DNA from: Alistipes sp.
GTDB taxonomy: Bacteria > Bacteroidota > Bacteroidia > Bacteroidales > Rikenellaceae
Length of the DNA stretch: 48,081 nt
Direction of reading: 5' to 3'
NCBI GenBank assembly: GCA_017632115.1
Contig: JAGBRY010000113.1
Location: forward strand, 1 to 48,081
The position numbers were made by a program, and so were the translations under genes. Positions 7,946 through 17,325 of this stretch are shown piece by piece. A model generated the notes under the pieces. It was not told the DNA's origin, did no database searches, and worked only from the letters and a program-made list of their open reading frames with translations. The number at the start of each line of letters is the position of its first letter. Position 1 is the first letter of the stretch.

Positions 7946-8125
7946 AATTAGGGCACCGAGTGGCAAAAGCGAGAAGTCGCCATTAGTCACAATTGCAAGG
8001 CTCGATTGATTCCCTTATTTTACCCACAAGTCTGTAACTATCTGATTATCAGAGTGGTTTACTTTCTGCATAGGCAAATAAAGTAATCAGCCTGTTTAGT
8101 TATCACTAAGCAGGCTGATTACTTT
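7946..8125 (+). ncRNA. Candidate small RNA or structured leader
   Basis: Bounded by the -7 box and a 21-bp hairpin; GC-richer, self-complementary 5' part (GGG/CCC, CGAG/CTCG, GCGA-GAAG-TCGC). Confidence 0.35.
8080..8125. terminator. Long hairpin, probable bidirectional terminator (ends the minus-strand ABC transporter transcript)
   Basis: AAAGTAATCAGCCTGTTTAGT-TATC-ACTAAGCAGGCTGATTACTTT, 21-bp stem with one mismatch. Confidence 0.8.
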
Positions 8126-8164
8126 GTATCGTATAACATCTACCCTATTGTTGTGGGAGTGTCA

Positions 8165-9997
8165 TTATTTCACATTCTGCAACTCTACCAACTTGGCATA
8201 TACGCCACCCTTGGCAAGCAGCTCTTCGTGTCTACCCTCTTCTACTATGCGACCCTCGTCGATAACGAAGATGCGATCGGCATTCATAATGGTCGAAAGG
8301 CGATGAGCAATAACCACCGAGGTACGACCCTTAAGCAGCTTTGTAAGTGCATCCTGCACAAGTTTCTCGCTCTCGGTATCGAGTGCCGAAGTTGCCTCAT
8401 CGAGAATAAGTAGCTCCGGATTCTTGAGCACGGCTCGAGCGATACTCAATCGCTGACGCTGACCACCCGAAAGCTTTGCTCCACGATCGCCGATATTTGT
8501 TTCGTAACCCTCAGGGCTCTCCATGATAAAGCTGTGGGCATTGGCCACCTTGCAAGCCTCGATAATCTCATCGTCAGTTGCATCGGGGCGACCGAGTGCG
8601 ATATTGCTCTTTATCGTATCGTTAAAGAGAACTGTATCCTGCGAAACAAGACTCATAACAGAGCGCAATGAATCCTGTTTATAGTTGCGTATCGACTCTC
8701 CATCAAATAGGATATCTCCGCTATTGGTGTCGTAGAAGCGCTCCATAAGTTCGCTCAAAGTCGATTTACCGCCACCCGAAGGTCCCACCAAGGCCACTGT
8801 TTCGCCCTTGCGTACCTCGAACGACACGCCTTGAATAATCTCTCGGCTCTCATCGTACGAGAAGCGGACATTGCGGAACTCAATCTTATCCTTCAGGCCA
8901 TCAAACTCCTTTGCATCGTCTGCATCATTCACCTCATTCTCGGCATCGAGAACGGCAAAGATACGCTCACCTGCAGCAACACCCTGGTTTATATTTGCAA
9001 ACTGATCAATAAATGCTCGTACCGGGCGTGTAATCTGCGAGAAGGCTGCAATAAAGGCGATAAATCCAGCGGCACTCAACGAACCATTCATCACAAGGGA
9101 TCCTCCGAATACCAGAATGATAGCGACGGCCGTAATACCCAAGAACTCACTCATTGGCGAGGCCAACTGCTGACGGCGTGCCATCCAGAGCAATGTATTG
9201 GAAAGGCTCTGGTTAAGAGCGTGGAACTTGGTCTTAATATACTCGGTTGCGGTATATGTCTTCAGGATCTTGATACCTCCGAGCGACTCATCGAGCACAC
9301 TCACCAACTCGCCCATCTTCTGCTGGCTCTTACTTGCAGGGTGACGCAACTTCTTCACGATATTACCGATAATCAGACCCACCATTGGTAGGAACAATAC
9401 CGAGAAGAGAGCCAACTGCCACGAGATATTGAGCATCAACACGAGATATCCGATAATGAGGAATGGCTCACGGAATGCCACCTGCAAGGTGTTGGTAATG
9501 CAGTACTGCACAACCATAACATCCGAGGTGATACGAGAGATAATATCTCCCTTGCGCTGACCACTGAAGTAACCTACATCTTTGCCTATTACGCTATTGA
9601 ACATCGCATTGCGCATGCGCTGGACGGTTGTAACACGCATATTTTCGACCGTATAGCCACCAAGGTAGCGGAAGAGATTAGAGAGGAGATTCATGGCAAT
9701 GAGAATCACGGCCAACATCATCAGCACTTTAGTTATGCGCCACTCTGTACCGAAAACATGGGTATAGATATAATTCAGCCACTGCTGCAACGCCTCGCCT
9801 TTGAACGAGAGTGCTGGCATCTCATATACCGGTCGAAATGCGTAGCCTTCCGAGAACATTGCGTTCAGGATAGGCATAATCATCGCATAGTTGAAGGTGT
9901 TGAACACAGCATGCAGTGCAGCAAAGAAGAAATATGGCACAGCATATCTGCTCAACGGCTTTGCAAAGCCCAATAATCGTAGGTATGTCTTGAACAT
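8165..9997 (-). CDS. ABC transporter permease/ATP-binding protein (MsbA-like exporter)
   Basis: N-terminal transmembrane domain; Walker A GPSGGGKST, LSGGQRQR, LILDEATSALD, IAHRLST. Confidence 0.95.
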   Translation of the reverse strand: MFKTYLRLLGFAKPLSRYAVPYFFFAALHAVFNTFNYAMIMPILNAMFSEGYAFRPVYEMPALSFKGEALQQWLNYIYTHVFGTEWRITKVLMMLAVILIAMNLLSNLFRYLGGYTVENMRVTTVQRMRNAMFNSVIGKDVGYFSGQRKGDIISRITSDVMVVQYCITNTLQVAFREPFLIIGYLVLMLNISWQLALFSVLFLPMVGLIIGNIVKKLRHPASKSQQKMGELVSVLDESLGGIKILKTYTATEYIKTKFHALNQSLSNTLLWMARRQQLASPMSEFLGITAVAIILVFGGSLVMNGSLSAAGFIAFIAAFSQITRPVRAFIDQFANINQGVAAGERIFAVLDAENEVNDADDAKEFDGLKDKIEFRNVRFSYDESREIIQGVSFEVRKGETVALVGPSGGGKSTLSELMERFYDTNSGDILFDGESIRNYKQDSLRSVMSLVSQDTVLFNDTIKSNIALGRPDATDDEIIEACKVANAHSFIMESPEGYETNIGDRGAKLSGGQRQRLSIARAVLKNPELLILDEATSALDTESEKLVQDALTKLLKGRTSVVIAHRLSTIMNADRIFVIDEGRIVEEGRHEELLAKGGVYAKLVELQNVK

Positions 9998-10014
9998 TTT
10001 TCGATAATTTTCAA

Positions 10015-11040
10015 TTAAACCAGACCCTCGGCATGATATTCATTCACCGAGTCGATATAGTGCTGAATAGTCTCCTCCATCGACACAAACGACTTTCCGC
10101 CTGCAGCGTTCTTGTGGCCTCCACCATTGAAGTAGCGACGAGCGAAGGTATCGACATCGACATTGCCACGAGAGCGAAGCGAAACACGAATAAAACCCTG
10201 CTGAGCAGTAAACATAGCCGTCATCTTCATCTTCTTAATCGTAAGCGGATAGTTCACAAAACCCTCGTTATCGCCCTGCTGAAACCAGTAGCGACGCATC
10301 TCCTCCTCGGTGAGCGACATATATGCCACTTTACCACCGAGCAGAGTCTTCATCTTGCGGTTGATGGTATAACCGAACAACTTGGCACGACCCTCGGTGA
10401 AGGAGTTATAGACATTGTTGTATATTTGCGGGATATCTATGCCTGTACCCGACAATACAGCCACCGCCTGGAACAACTCGGGTGTAAGGTTCGAGAATGC
10501 GAAGTTGCCTGTATCGGTCATAATACCGACATAGAGTTGTGTTGCCACCTTCTCGGTTATCGCCTCCACGCCATAGAGAGCCACAATGATGGTGTACATC
10601 AAAAATGCGGTACTCGACGACTCGGGGTACGAGAACACAATATCGAAGCCCTCGGCAGGGAAGAGGTGGTGGTCGATCAACACACGCTTTGCAGTTGTAT
10701 TCTTGGCAACCGCCTCACCCAGCGCATCGGCACGAGTGAGCGAATTCATATCGGCACAAACGATAACATCAGCCTCATCGAGAGCCTTCTCGGTACGGTG
10801 CTCCTCATCGTTGCGATAGATGATTATGTTCTCCGAATTTGGAATCCAGCGAAGATAGTATGGATAATTATTCGGCAAAGTGCAGGTAACTTGATGGCCA
10901 CGAGCGGTCAGTACCTCAGCCAATGCCAACGACGAGCCAATAGCGTCGCCATCGGGGTTTGTATGCCCTACGACAACGATTTTCTTAGGCTCTGCGAGGA
11001 GATTTCGGAGCTCCTCAACTCTCTCTTTATCTATATTCAT
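10015..11040 (-). CDS. nrnA: DHH/DHHA1 phosphoesterase (NrnA-like oligoribonuclease/PAP phosphatase)
   Basis: GHTNPDGDAIGS, LIDHH, GIMTDTGNF, SLRS, GGGHKNAAG. Confidence 0.88.
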   Translation of the reverse strand: MNIDKERVEELRNLLAEPKKIVVVGHTNPDGDAIGSSLALAEVLTARGHQVTCTLPNNYPYYLRWIPNSENIIIYRNDEEHRTEKALDEADVIVCADMNSLTRADALGEAVAKNTTAKRVLIDHHLFPAEGFDIVFSYPESSSTAFLMYTIIVALYGVEAITEKVATQLYVGIMTDTGNFAFSNLTPELFQAVAVLSGTGIDIPQIYNNVYNSFTEGRAKLFGYTINRKMKTLLGGKVAYMSLTEEEMRRYWFQQGDNEGFVNYPLTIKKMKMTAMFTAQQGFIRVSLRSRGNVDVDTFARRYFNGGGHKNAAGGKSFVSMEETIQHYIDSVNEYHAEGLV

Positions 11041-11044
11041 CGGG

Positions 11045-11100
11045 GCAAATATAAGAAAACTCTGCGACTTTTAATTAAAAATTAAAAATTAAAAGTTAGA
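11045..11100 (-). repeat. Promoter-bearing dispersed repeat, copy 1 (upstream of nrnA)
   Basis: Near-identical to the reverse complement of 46954-47010; contains the -7 box (11046-11053) and AATTAAA heptamer repeats. Confidence 0.8.
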
Positions 11101-11104
11101 AGTT

Positions 11105-11746
11105 CTATTTTGAACTCCTTTGAAAATGCTTACAATAGGTCGTTATACCGCAATTTTCGCACTTAGGCTTGCGAGCTATACAGGTGTAGCGACCGTGCAG
11201 AATAAGCCAATGGTGTGCTATCGGGAGCAGGTGCGAGGGGATATATTTTTCGAGTTGGAGTTCGGTTGCACGAGGAGTCTTGGCTCCGACCGACAGGCCT
11301 ATGCGAGCCGACACTCGAAAGACATGGGTATCGACGGGCATAACCTCCTTATTCCATATGACTGCGCCCATAACATTTGCCGTCTTGCGACCTACGCCGG
11401 GCAGGCGCATCATATCCTCGATATCGCTCGGCACCTCACCGCCAAACTCCGCAACGAGCATACGGGCCATACCGGCAAGATTTTTCGCTTTATTGTTGGG
11501 ATAGGAGATGCTCTTTATGTATTGATAAATCTCCTCGGGCGAGGCTTTTGCCATATCGTATGGTGTAGGATAGGCCTCGAAGAGCGCCGGCGTTGTGAGA
11601 TTAACTCGTTTGTCGGTACATTGTGCCGACAAAATCACTGCCACCAGCAGCTGATAGGGATTCTCGAAGTTGAGTTCGCTCTCTGCCACAGGCATAGCCT
11701 TTTCGAAGTACTCGATTACAGCCTTATATCTCTCTTCTCTTCTCAT
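11105..11746 (-). CDS. nth: Endonuclease III
   Basis: LLVAVILSAQCTD, HhH LPGVGRKTAN, VDTHVFR, and the C-x6-C-x2-C-x5-C Fe-S motif. Confidence 0.96.
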   Translation of the reverse strand: MRREERYKAVIEYFEKAMPVAESELNFENPYQLLVAVILSAQCTDKRVNLTTPALFEAYPTPYDMAKASPEEIYQYIKSISYPNNKAKNLAGMARMLVAEFGGEVPSDIEDMMRLPGVGRKTANVMGAVIWNKEVMPVDTHVFRVSARIGLSVGAKTPRATELQLEKYIPSHLLPIAHHWLILHGRYTCIARKPKCENCGITTYCKHFQRSSK

Positions 11747-11753
11747 AACCTCT

Positions 11754-12674
11754 CTATTTTTTCAGCATACGGAATAATTTCTTTGCAAACAGACCATATG
11801 CAAAAATGTTGCACACCTGAAATTTATTCTCTTTTATCTCTCTGCGCCAACGATTTACAAACTCACCAACCGAGCCAATGTGCGAATATACCCAGAGGGC
11901 AGTATTTGCTCGCTCACGCAACAGGTGACGGCGTTGTTTCGAGCCATTATATCTCTCGTCAAACCACAATTTGATATTCGATGACGAGTCGCAAAAGGCA
12001 AGTCGCTTAGCAAGGCTTGTACTATGGCTTACGCTATCAGGGAAAAGACGATGTACAGCCGTGGCACGGTCGATATATGCAACCTCGGCGTGTGCTGCCA
12101 CATAGAGCCACATCGGCAGATCCTCGGTAAGCCACTCGGAGCGATTCTCCGGCTGCTCGGTGGCGTAATAGTCCAAAACCAGTTCTCGACGAGCCAGCGT
12201 AGTGCAGTTCTCGACGCACCAATCGTGCAACAATGCATCGAGCGAGGTATGCCCCTCCCCTACGGGAAAGCGAGCGACAAGTTCACCTCTTTCGTTTCGA
12301 CGCTCTGCAAGAGTATAGCATAGCCCCACCTTAGGGTTTGCTTCCATCAGTGCAACCTGCTCTGCAAGGCGGTTCTCGTCGCACCAATAGTCATCGCCAT
12401 CGCAAAAGGCGATATATCGCCCCTTTGCCGCCTCCACGCAACGTCGATAGTTAGCACGCCAACCAACATTCTCGGGCGAAGAGATAAGATTTACCTGCGG
12501 ATATAGGTCTGCAAACTTTTTGCACACCTCCAATGTTCCATCTTTACTACAATCTTCACCGAGGATAATCTCCACACCGAAATCGCACCGTTGCGCCAAA
12601 ATCGCATTGAGCGCATCGGCCAGGTATGGCTCGTGGTTATAGGTCGTAACAACTACCGATACAAGCGGTGTCAT
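11754..12674 (-). CDS. Glycosyltransferase family 2
   Basis: VSVVVTTYNHE, EDCSKDGT, YIAFCDGDDYW (DxD), EDLPMW. Confidence 0.9.
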   Translation of the reverse strand: MTPLVSVVVTTYNHEPYLADALNAILAQRCDFGVEIILGEDCSKDGTLEVCKKFADLYPQVNLISSPENVGWRANYRRCVEAAKGRYIAFCDGDDYWCDENRLAEQVALMEANPKVGLCYTLAERRNERGELVARFPVGEGHTSLDALLHDWCVENCTTLARRELVLDYYATEQPENRSEWLTEDLPMWLYVAAHAEVAYIDRATAVHRLFPDSVSHSTSLAKRLAFCDSSSNIKLWFDERYNGSKQRRHLLRERANTALWVYSHIGSVGEFVNRWRREIKENKFQVCNIFAYGLFAKKLFRMLKK

Positions 12675-12679
12675 AGCGA

Positions 12680-15091
12680 TTATAATTTTGTAAGTTTTGC
12701 CAACTTCGAGAGTAGGGTCTTCTCCTCGCCATTCACAAAGCGAACAACGAGTTTATGGTCGGTAGCAAGTGGTACAACCTGCACTATTTCGCCCCTGCCA
12801 AAACGAGGGTGTTCAACACGCTCACCCACCGAGTAGGTGCAAGCCTCGTTCGTAACCTGACCAATGGTCGATGTATTCACTCGACGCATACCCGAGAGAT
12901 CTCGTTGTGGAGTGGACACAACAGACTCCTCTCTTCGGAGCACTCTTGGTTCTCGGTTTTCGACTCTCGGTTTTTGCTGATAGCGGACATCGAAACGACG
13001 ACGCAGAGCGTCAATAGCACTCTCATTCTTGTCGCCACCGCCGACAACCTTAACATTGCCAACACCCTGCTCGCTACGAGGTTTACGCAGATTGAAGTCG
13101 CACTCCACATACTGTTCGTCTATCTCCGAGAGGAAACGGCTCGGCTTCGAGAACTCCATATTTCCCCACTTAAATCGCATATCGACACACGACAAGGTTG
13201 CTAACGACTTTGCACGGGTGATGGCGACATAGAACAATCGTCGCTCCTCCTCGATACCCTCGACCGTTTCGAGCGCACGCTGCGACGGGAAGAGGTTCTC
13301 CTCGCAACCCACCACATAGACATAGTCGTACTCCAAGCCCTTAGCCGAGTGTACGGTCATCAGCGTTACTCTATCGTTATCATCCTCGTTCTCCTTCTTA
13401 TCCATATCGGTAAGGAGCATCAAACTCTGCAACCACTCCTCGATGGTGGCACTCTCAAACGACTCTCGCTCACCATTACGAATTTCAGCCTCGACCTGCT
13501 CGTGGAACATCTGCATCGAATTGACCACCTCCTCCAAGTTTGCCACTGCCGACTGTGCCTCCGGCGTATTCTGCTCACGATAGAATGGCAACAAACCACT
13601 TCGTACAGCAACCTCCATACCGAAGTCGTAGAGCCCCTTGTGCTCTCGTTCCAACGATAACGAGCGAATAAGAGCCACAAATTCGGTGACCTTCTTCACG
13701 ATAGCCTTCTCGACAGAGTCGGCCGGAGTCTGCTCGACCAGAGTATCGACCGCCTCCCACATCGACACCTGCTTCTCCTTGGCCATCGACTCGATGCGTG
13801 CTACGGTAGTGTCACCAATACCTCGTGCCGGGGTATTGATAATGCGCTTAAATGCCTCGTCATCACGAGGATTTATGATAAGGCGGATATATGAGAGTAT
13901 ATCCTTAACCTCTTTATGGTCGTAGAAGGAGCTACCCTTGTAGATCAGATACGGAATACCTCGCTGTCGCAACGAGTTCTCCAATGCCTGCGATTGGTTA
14001 TTGGTACGATAGAGGATTGCCGCATCGCTCCATTTGCCACTACCCTCTCTCACTCGGTCACGCAAATCGCCAACTACCAAATCGGCCTCTTCACGGTCGG
14101 TATATGCCTTGAAAATGCGAATTTTTTCGCCACTTGCACCCTCCGAGAAGCACTTCTTCTTCAGCTGTCGGGAGTTGTGATTTATAATCGAGTTGGCAGC
14201 ATCGACAATGGTCTGCGTCGAGCGGTAGTTCTGCTCCAATTTGAAGACCTTTGCCTGCGGATAATCTCGCTGGAAGGAGAGGATATTTTCGATCTTCGCT
14301 CCTCGGAACGAGTAGATACTCTGAGCATCGTCGCCCACCACGCAGATGCGGGAGTGGTACTGTGCCAAACGACGCACGATGATGTATTGGGCATTGTTGG
14401 TATCCTGATACTCATCGACCAAAACATACTGAAAACGCTCCTGATACTTCGCCAGCACCTCGGGATGGTCACGGAAGAGGAAATTTGTCTGCAAGAGCAG
14501 ATCATCGAAGTCCATCGCTCCGTTCATCTTGCAACGACGGCAATACTCAGCGTAGAGATTGCCAAACTCGGGCATCTGCGCCTTGCGATCCTCGGTTGCA
14601 AAGATTGAATTTTGGAGATATGCGCCAGGAGTGATAAGGTTATTCTTCGCCATCGATATTCGTGAGGCGATAACATTCGGCTTATACTTATCGTCGCTCA
14701 GACCTCGCTCCTTAATGATGGTCTTGAGGAGATTTTTCGAGTCGTTAGGCTCGTAAATGGTATACTCCTTCGGATAACCGAGCACCTCGGCATTCTCACG
14801 CAAAATTCGGGAGAAGACCGAGTGAAAAGTTCCCATGCAGATATAGCGACTGGCCGAGCCAACCATCTTTTCGATACGCTCACGCATCTCCTTGGCGGCC
14901 TTATTCGTAAAGGTCAAAGCCATAATCGAGTGCGGAGCAACACCCTGCGCCAACATATAGGCTATACGGGTGGTAAGCACACGAGTTTTGCCAGAGCCGG
15001 CACCCGCAATAATCAGCGATGGCTCGTTATATGCCTCCACAGCAGCACGCTGTGCGGGATTCAATCCCCTCAAAATCTCTTCGTTCGTCAT
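12680..15091 (-). CDS. pcrA: UvrD/PcrA ATP-dependent DNA helicase
   Basis: LNPAQ, AGAGSGKT, TFTNKAA, VDEYQDTN, VGDDAQSIY, LEQNYRS, TVHSAKGLE, EEERRLFYVAITRA, C-terminal Tudor-like domain. Start set at ATG 15091 (MTNEEIL). Confidence 0.95.
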   Translation of the reverse strand: MTNEEILRGLNPAQRAAVEAYNEPSLIIAGAGSGKTRVLTTRIAYMLAQGVAPHSIMALTFTNKAAKEMRERIEKMVGSASRYICMGTFHSVFSRILRENAEVLGYPKEYTIYEPNDSKNLLKTIIKERGLSDDKYKPNVIASRISMAKNNLITPGAYLQNSIFATEDRKAQMPEFGNLYAEYCRRCKMNGAMDFDDLLLQTNFLFRDHPEVLAKYQERFQYVLVDEYQDTNNAQYIIVRRLAQYHSRICVVGDDAQSIYSFRGAKIENILSFQRDYPQAKVFKLEQNYRSTQTIVDAANSIINHNSRQLKKKCFSEGASGEKIRIFKAYTDREEADLVVGDLRDRVREGSGKWSDAAILYRTNNQSQALENSLRQRGIPYLIYKGSSFYDHKEVKDILSYIRLIINPRDDEAFKRIINTPARGIGDTTVARIESMAKEKQVSMWEAVDTLVEQTPADSVEKAIVKKVTEFVALIRSLSLEREHKGLYDFGMEVAVRSGLLPFYREQNTPEAQSAVANLEEVVNSMQMFHEQVEAEIRNGERESFESATIEEWLQSLMLLTDMDKKENEDDNDRVTLMTVHSAKGLEYDYVYVVGCEENLFPSQRALETVEGIEEERRLFYVAITRAKSLATLSCVDMRFKWGNMEFSKPSRFLSEIDEQYVECDFNLRKPRSEQGVGNVKVVGGGDKNESAIDALRRRFDVRYQQKPRVENREPRVLRREESVVSTPQRDLSGMRRVNTSTIGQVTNEACTYSVGERVEHPRFGRGEIVQVVPLATDHKLVVRFVNGEEKTLLSKLAKLTKL

Positions 15092-15099
15092 AGTGAGGA

Positions 15100-15159
15100 C
15101 AAAGATAGTAAAAAGTTGAGAGTTGAGGGTTGAGAGTTGAGAGATTTTTTTTATCTTTG
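15100..15159. promoter_or_regulatory. Bidirectional promoter module with (AGTTGAG)4 between uvrD and recG
   Basis: CAAAGATA 15100-15107, four heptamers 15114-15141, TATCTTTG 15152-15159. Confidence 0.7.
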
Positions 15160-15179
15160 CAATATAAAGGATTTGACAG

Positions 15180-17294
15180 ATGGGAGAACTTCTCGATAAC
15201 TCTATAAAGTTTGTGCAGGGCGTAGGCGAGGTGCGTGCCAAGTTGCTCGAAAAGGAGCTTGGCATTGTAACCATGCGTGATATGCTCTACCACTTCCCAT
15301 TCCGCTATATCGACCGTTCACGCACCTACAAAGTGCGAGAGGTAACCGAGGATAACGCCTCGGCTTATATCCAGCTACGACTGCGAGTTATCGGTAAGTC
15401 ATTCGCCGGCGAGGGCAGAAAGCAACGATTCTCGGTCTATTGCGCCGACGAAACGGGGCGTGTAGAACTCATCTGGTTCAAGGGTATAAAGTGGATTGAG
15501 AAGATTATCGAGCCTAACCGAGAGTATATCGTTTTCGGTCGACCTTCGTTCTTCCGAGGAGAGTTCTCGATGATTCACCCTGAGATTGAGATTATCGAAA
15601 AGGCTCTCTCTCGCCGAGTAGAGAGCGGATTGCAAGGCATCTACTCCTCTACAGAGAAGGTCTCCACTACGCTCGGAGGAAAGGGTTTATACAACATCGT
15701 ATGCTCATTATGGGGAGTTGTTCGTAGCCACATCAAGGAGTATCTGCCCGAGTATATCGTCCGCAAATATGGATTAATGTCGCTCGAAGAGGCACTCTAC
15801 AATATCCACTTCCCACAGTCGCCCGAGAAGCTGCGACAGGCTCAATACCGATTGAAATTTGATGAACTATTCGGCATTCAGCTAAATATCCAATCACGCC
15901 GCTCGGAGCGTACGGGGCGCAGGGATGGTTTCCTCTTCCCGAAGGTGGGAGATAAGTTCAACACCTTCTACCACACCAAGCTGCCATTCGACCTGACAGA
16001 CGGCCAGAAACAGGCGGTACGAGATATTCGCAAGGATACAGTGTCGGGCATACAGATGAATCGCCTTTTGCAGGGCGATGTTGGTAGCGGAAAGACCGTG
16101 GTGGCGCTATTGTCGATGTTGTTGGCCGGAGATAACGGTTTTCAGTCGTGCATGATGGTGCCGACCGAAATTTTGGCACGCCAACACTACGCCTCGATAT
16201 CGAAGATGTGCGAGGGTGTGCCGGTGCGCATCGCAATCTTGACGGGCACAACAAAGACAAAGGAGCGCAGAGAGATTTTGGCCGCTTTGGAGGCGGGTGA
16301 TATAGATATTTTGGTGGGAACGCACGCCTTGATTGAGGATAGAGTGCAATTCTCGAACCTCGGACTTGTGATTATCGACGAGCAACACCGCTTCGGAGTG
16401 GAGCAGCGTGCGAGATTGTGGACAAAGAATGCACAACCACCGCATATCCTGGTTATGACAGCTACGCCAATTCCGAGAACTTTGGCAATGACCCTATATG
16501 GCGATTTGGATGTTTCGGTAATCAAGGGACTACCGCCGGGCCGTCAACCTATCAAGACCTACCACTACTTCGAGTCGGGGCGATTAACCTTGCAAAACTT
16601 TATGCGTCAGCAGATTAAGCGAGGCAGACAAGTTTATGTGGTATATCCGCTTATTGCCGAGTCCGAGAAGATGGATTACCTCTCGTTGCAAGAGGGATTC
16701 GATGCTATAGTGCGAGATTTTCCATTGCCGGAATATCGTGTGGCAGTATGCCACGGCAAGATGAAGCCCGAAGCGAAGCAACAGGCCATGGAGGAGTTCA
16801 AAAATGGAGAGGCACACATCCTCGTTGCGACCTCTGTTATCGAGGTGGGTGTCGATGTTCCAAATGCAACCGTCATCGTCATCGAGTCGGCCGAGCGTTT
16901 CGGTTTGGCACAGTTACACCAGCTGCGAGGTCGTGTAGGACGAGGCAAGGAGCAATCCTACTGCGTGCTGATGTCCGACGAAAAGTTATCGAAGGAGTCG
17001 AGCAAGCGATTAGAGGCGATGTGTCAGACAACCGATGGTTTCGAGTTGGCAGAGTTGGATCTCAAACTGCGAGGTGCTGGCGACATAAATGGCACGATGC
17101 AGAGTGGCGATGCATTCGATTTAAAAATTGCAAATCCGACCTACGACAACCAGATTTTGCAGGTAGCCCAGGAGTTGGCGATACAGCTATTGACCGTAGA
17201 TGCCGGCCTCTCGCATCCCGATCATATCGCTCTGCGAGAGCTGCGTGACCGCTATGCACCGGAGCACAAAGCCGATTTCTCGGAGATTTCATAA
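15180..17294 (+). CDS. recG: ATP-dependent DNA helicase RecG
   Basis: RLLQGDVGSGKT, IIDEQHRFG, MTATPIPRTL, ERFGLAQLHQLRGRVGRG, DLKLRGAG. Confidence 0.97.
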   Translation: MGELLDNSIKFVQGVGEVRAKLLEKELGIVTMRDMLYHFPFRYIDRSRTYKVREVTEDNASAYIQLRLRVIGKSFAGEGRKQRFSVYCADETGRVELIWFKGIKWIEKIIEPNREYIVFGRPSFFRGEFSMIHPEIEIIEKALSRRVESGLQGIYSSTEKVSTTLGGKGLYNIVCSLWGVVRSHIKEYLPEYIVRKYGLMSLEEALYNIHFPQSPEKLRQAQYRLKFDELFGIQLNIQSRRSERTGRRDGFLFPKVGDKFNTFYHTKLPFDLTDGQKQAVRDIRKDTVSGIQMNRLLQGDVGSGKTVVALLSMLLAGDNGFQSCMMVPTEILARQHYASISKMCEGVPVRIAILTGTTKTKERREILAALEAGDIDILVGTHALIEDRVQFSNLGLVIIDEQHRFGVEQRARLWTKNAQPPHILVMTATPIPRTLAMTLYGDLDVSVIKGLPPGRQPIKTYHYFESGRLTLQNFMRQQIKRGRQVYVVYPLIAESEKMDYLSLQEGFDAIVRDFPLPEYRVAVCHGKMKPEAKQQAMEEFKNGEAHILVATSVIEVGVDVPNATVIVIESAERFGLAQLHQLRGRVGRGKEQSYCVLMSDEKLSKESSKRLEAMCQTTDGFELAELDLKLRGAGDINGTMQSGDAFDLKIANPTYDNQILQVAQELAIQLLTVDAGLSHPDHIALRELRDRYAPEHKADFSEIS

Positions 17295-17325
17295 TAATTG
17301 AACAAAGAAGGTCGTTTCGATATAT

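Larger units (their letters stand above)
1..8160. mobile_element. Distal part of an integrative element / defence island (left end lies outside the window)
   Basis: Excisionase-like HTH gene, AT-rich restriction/defence cargo, and an abrupt switch to host codon usage at the ABC transporter gene ending at 8165. No integrase in the window; boundary approximate. Confidence 0.75.

Noticed and set aside
7949-8016. tRNA gene as integration target
   Set aside because: Has D-loop-like and T-loop-like words but no 7-bp acceptor stem, anticodon arm or CCA.
10033-11085. 350-aa plus-strand ORF
   Set aside because: Antisense shadow of nrnA caused by codon bias; no motifs. The same applies to 11120-11974, 23511-24671, 37490-38653 and 44791-45798.
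15092-15274. 61-aa N-terminal extension of UvrD
   Set aside because: Overlaps recG and the promoter/heptamer region; homology begins at MTNEEIL (15091).
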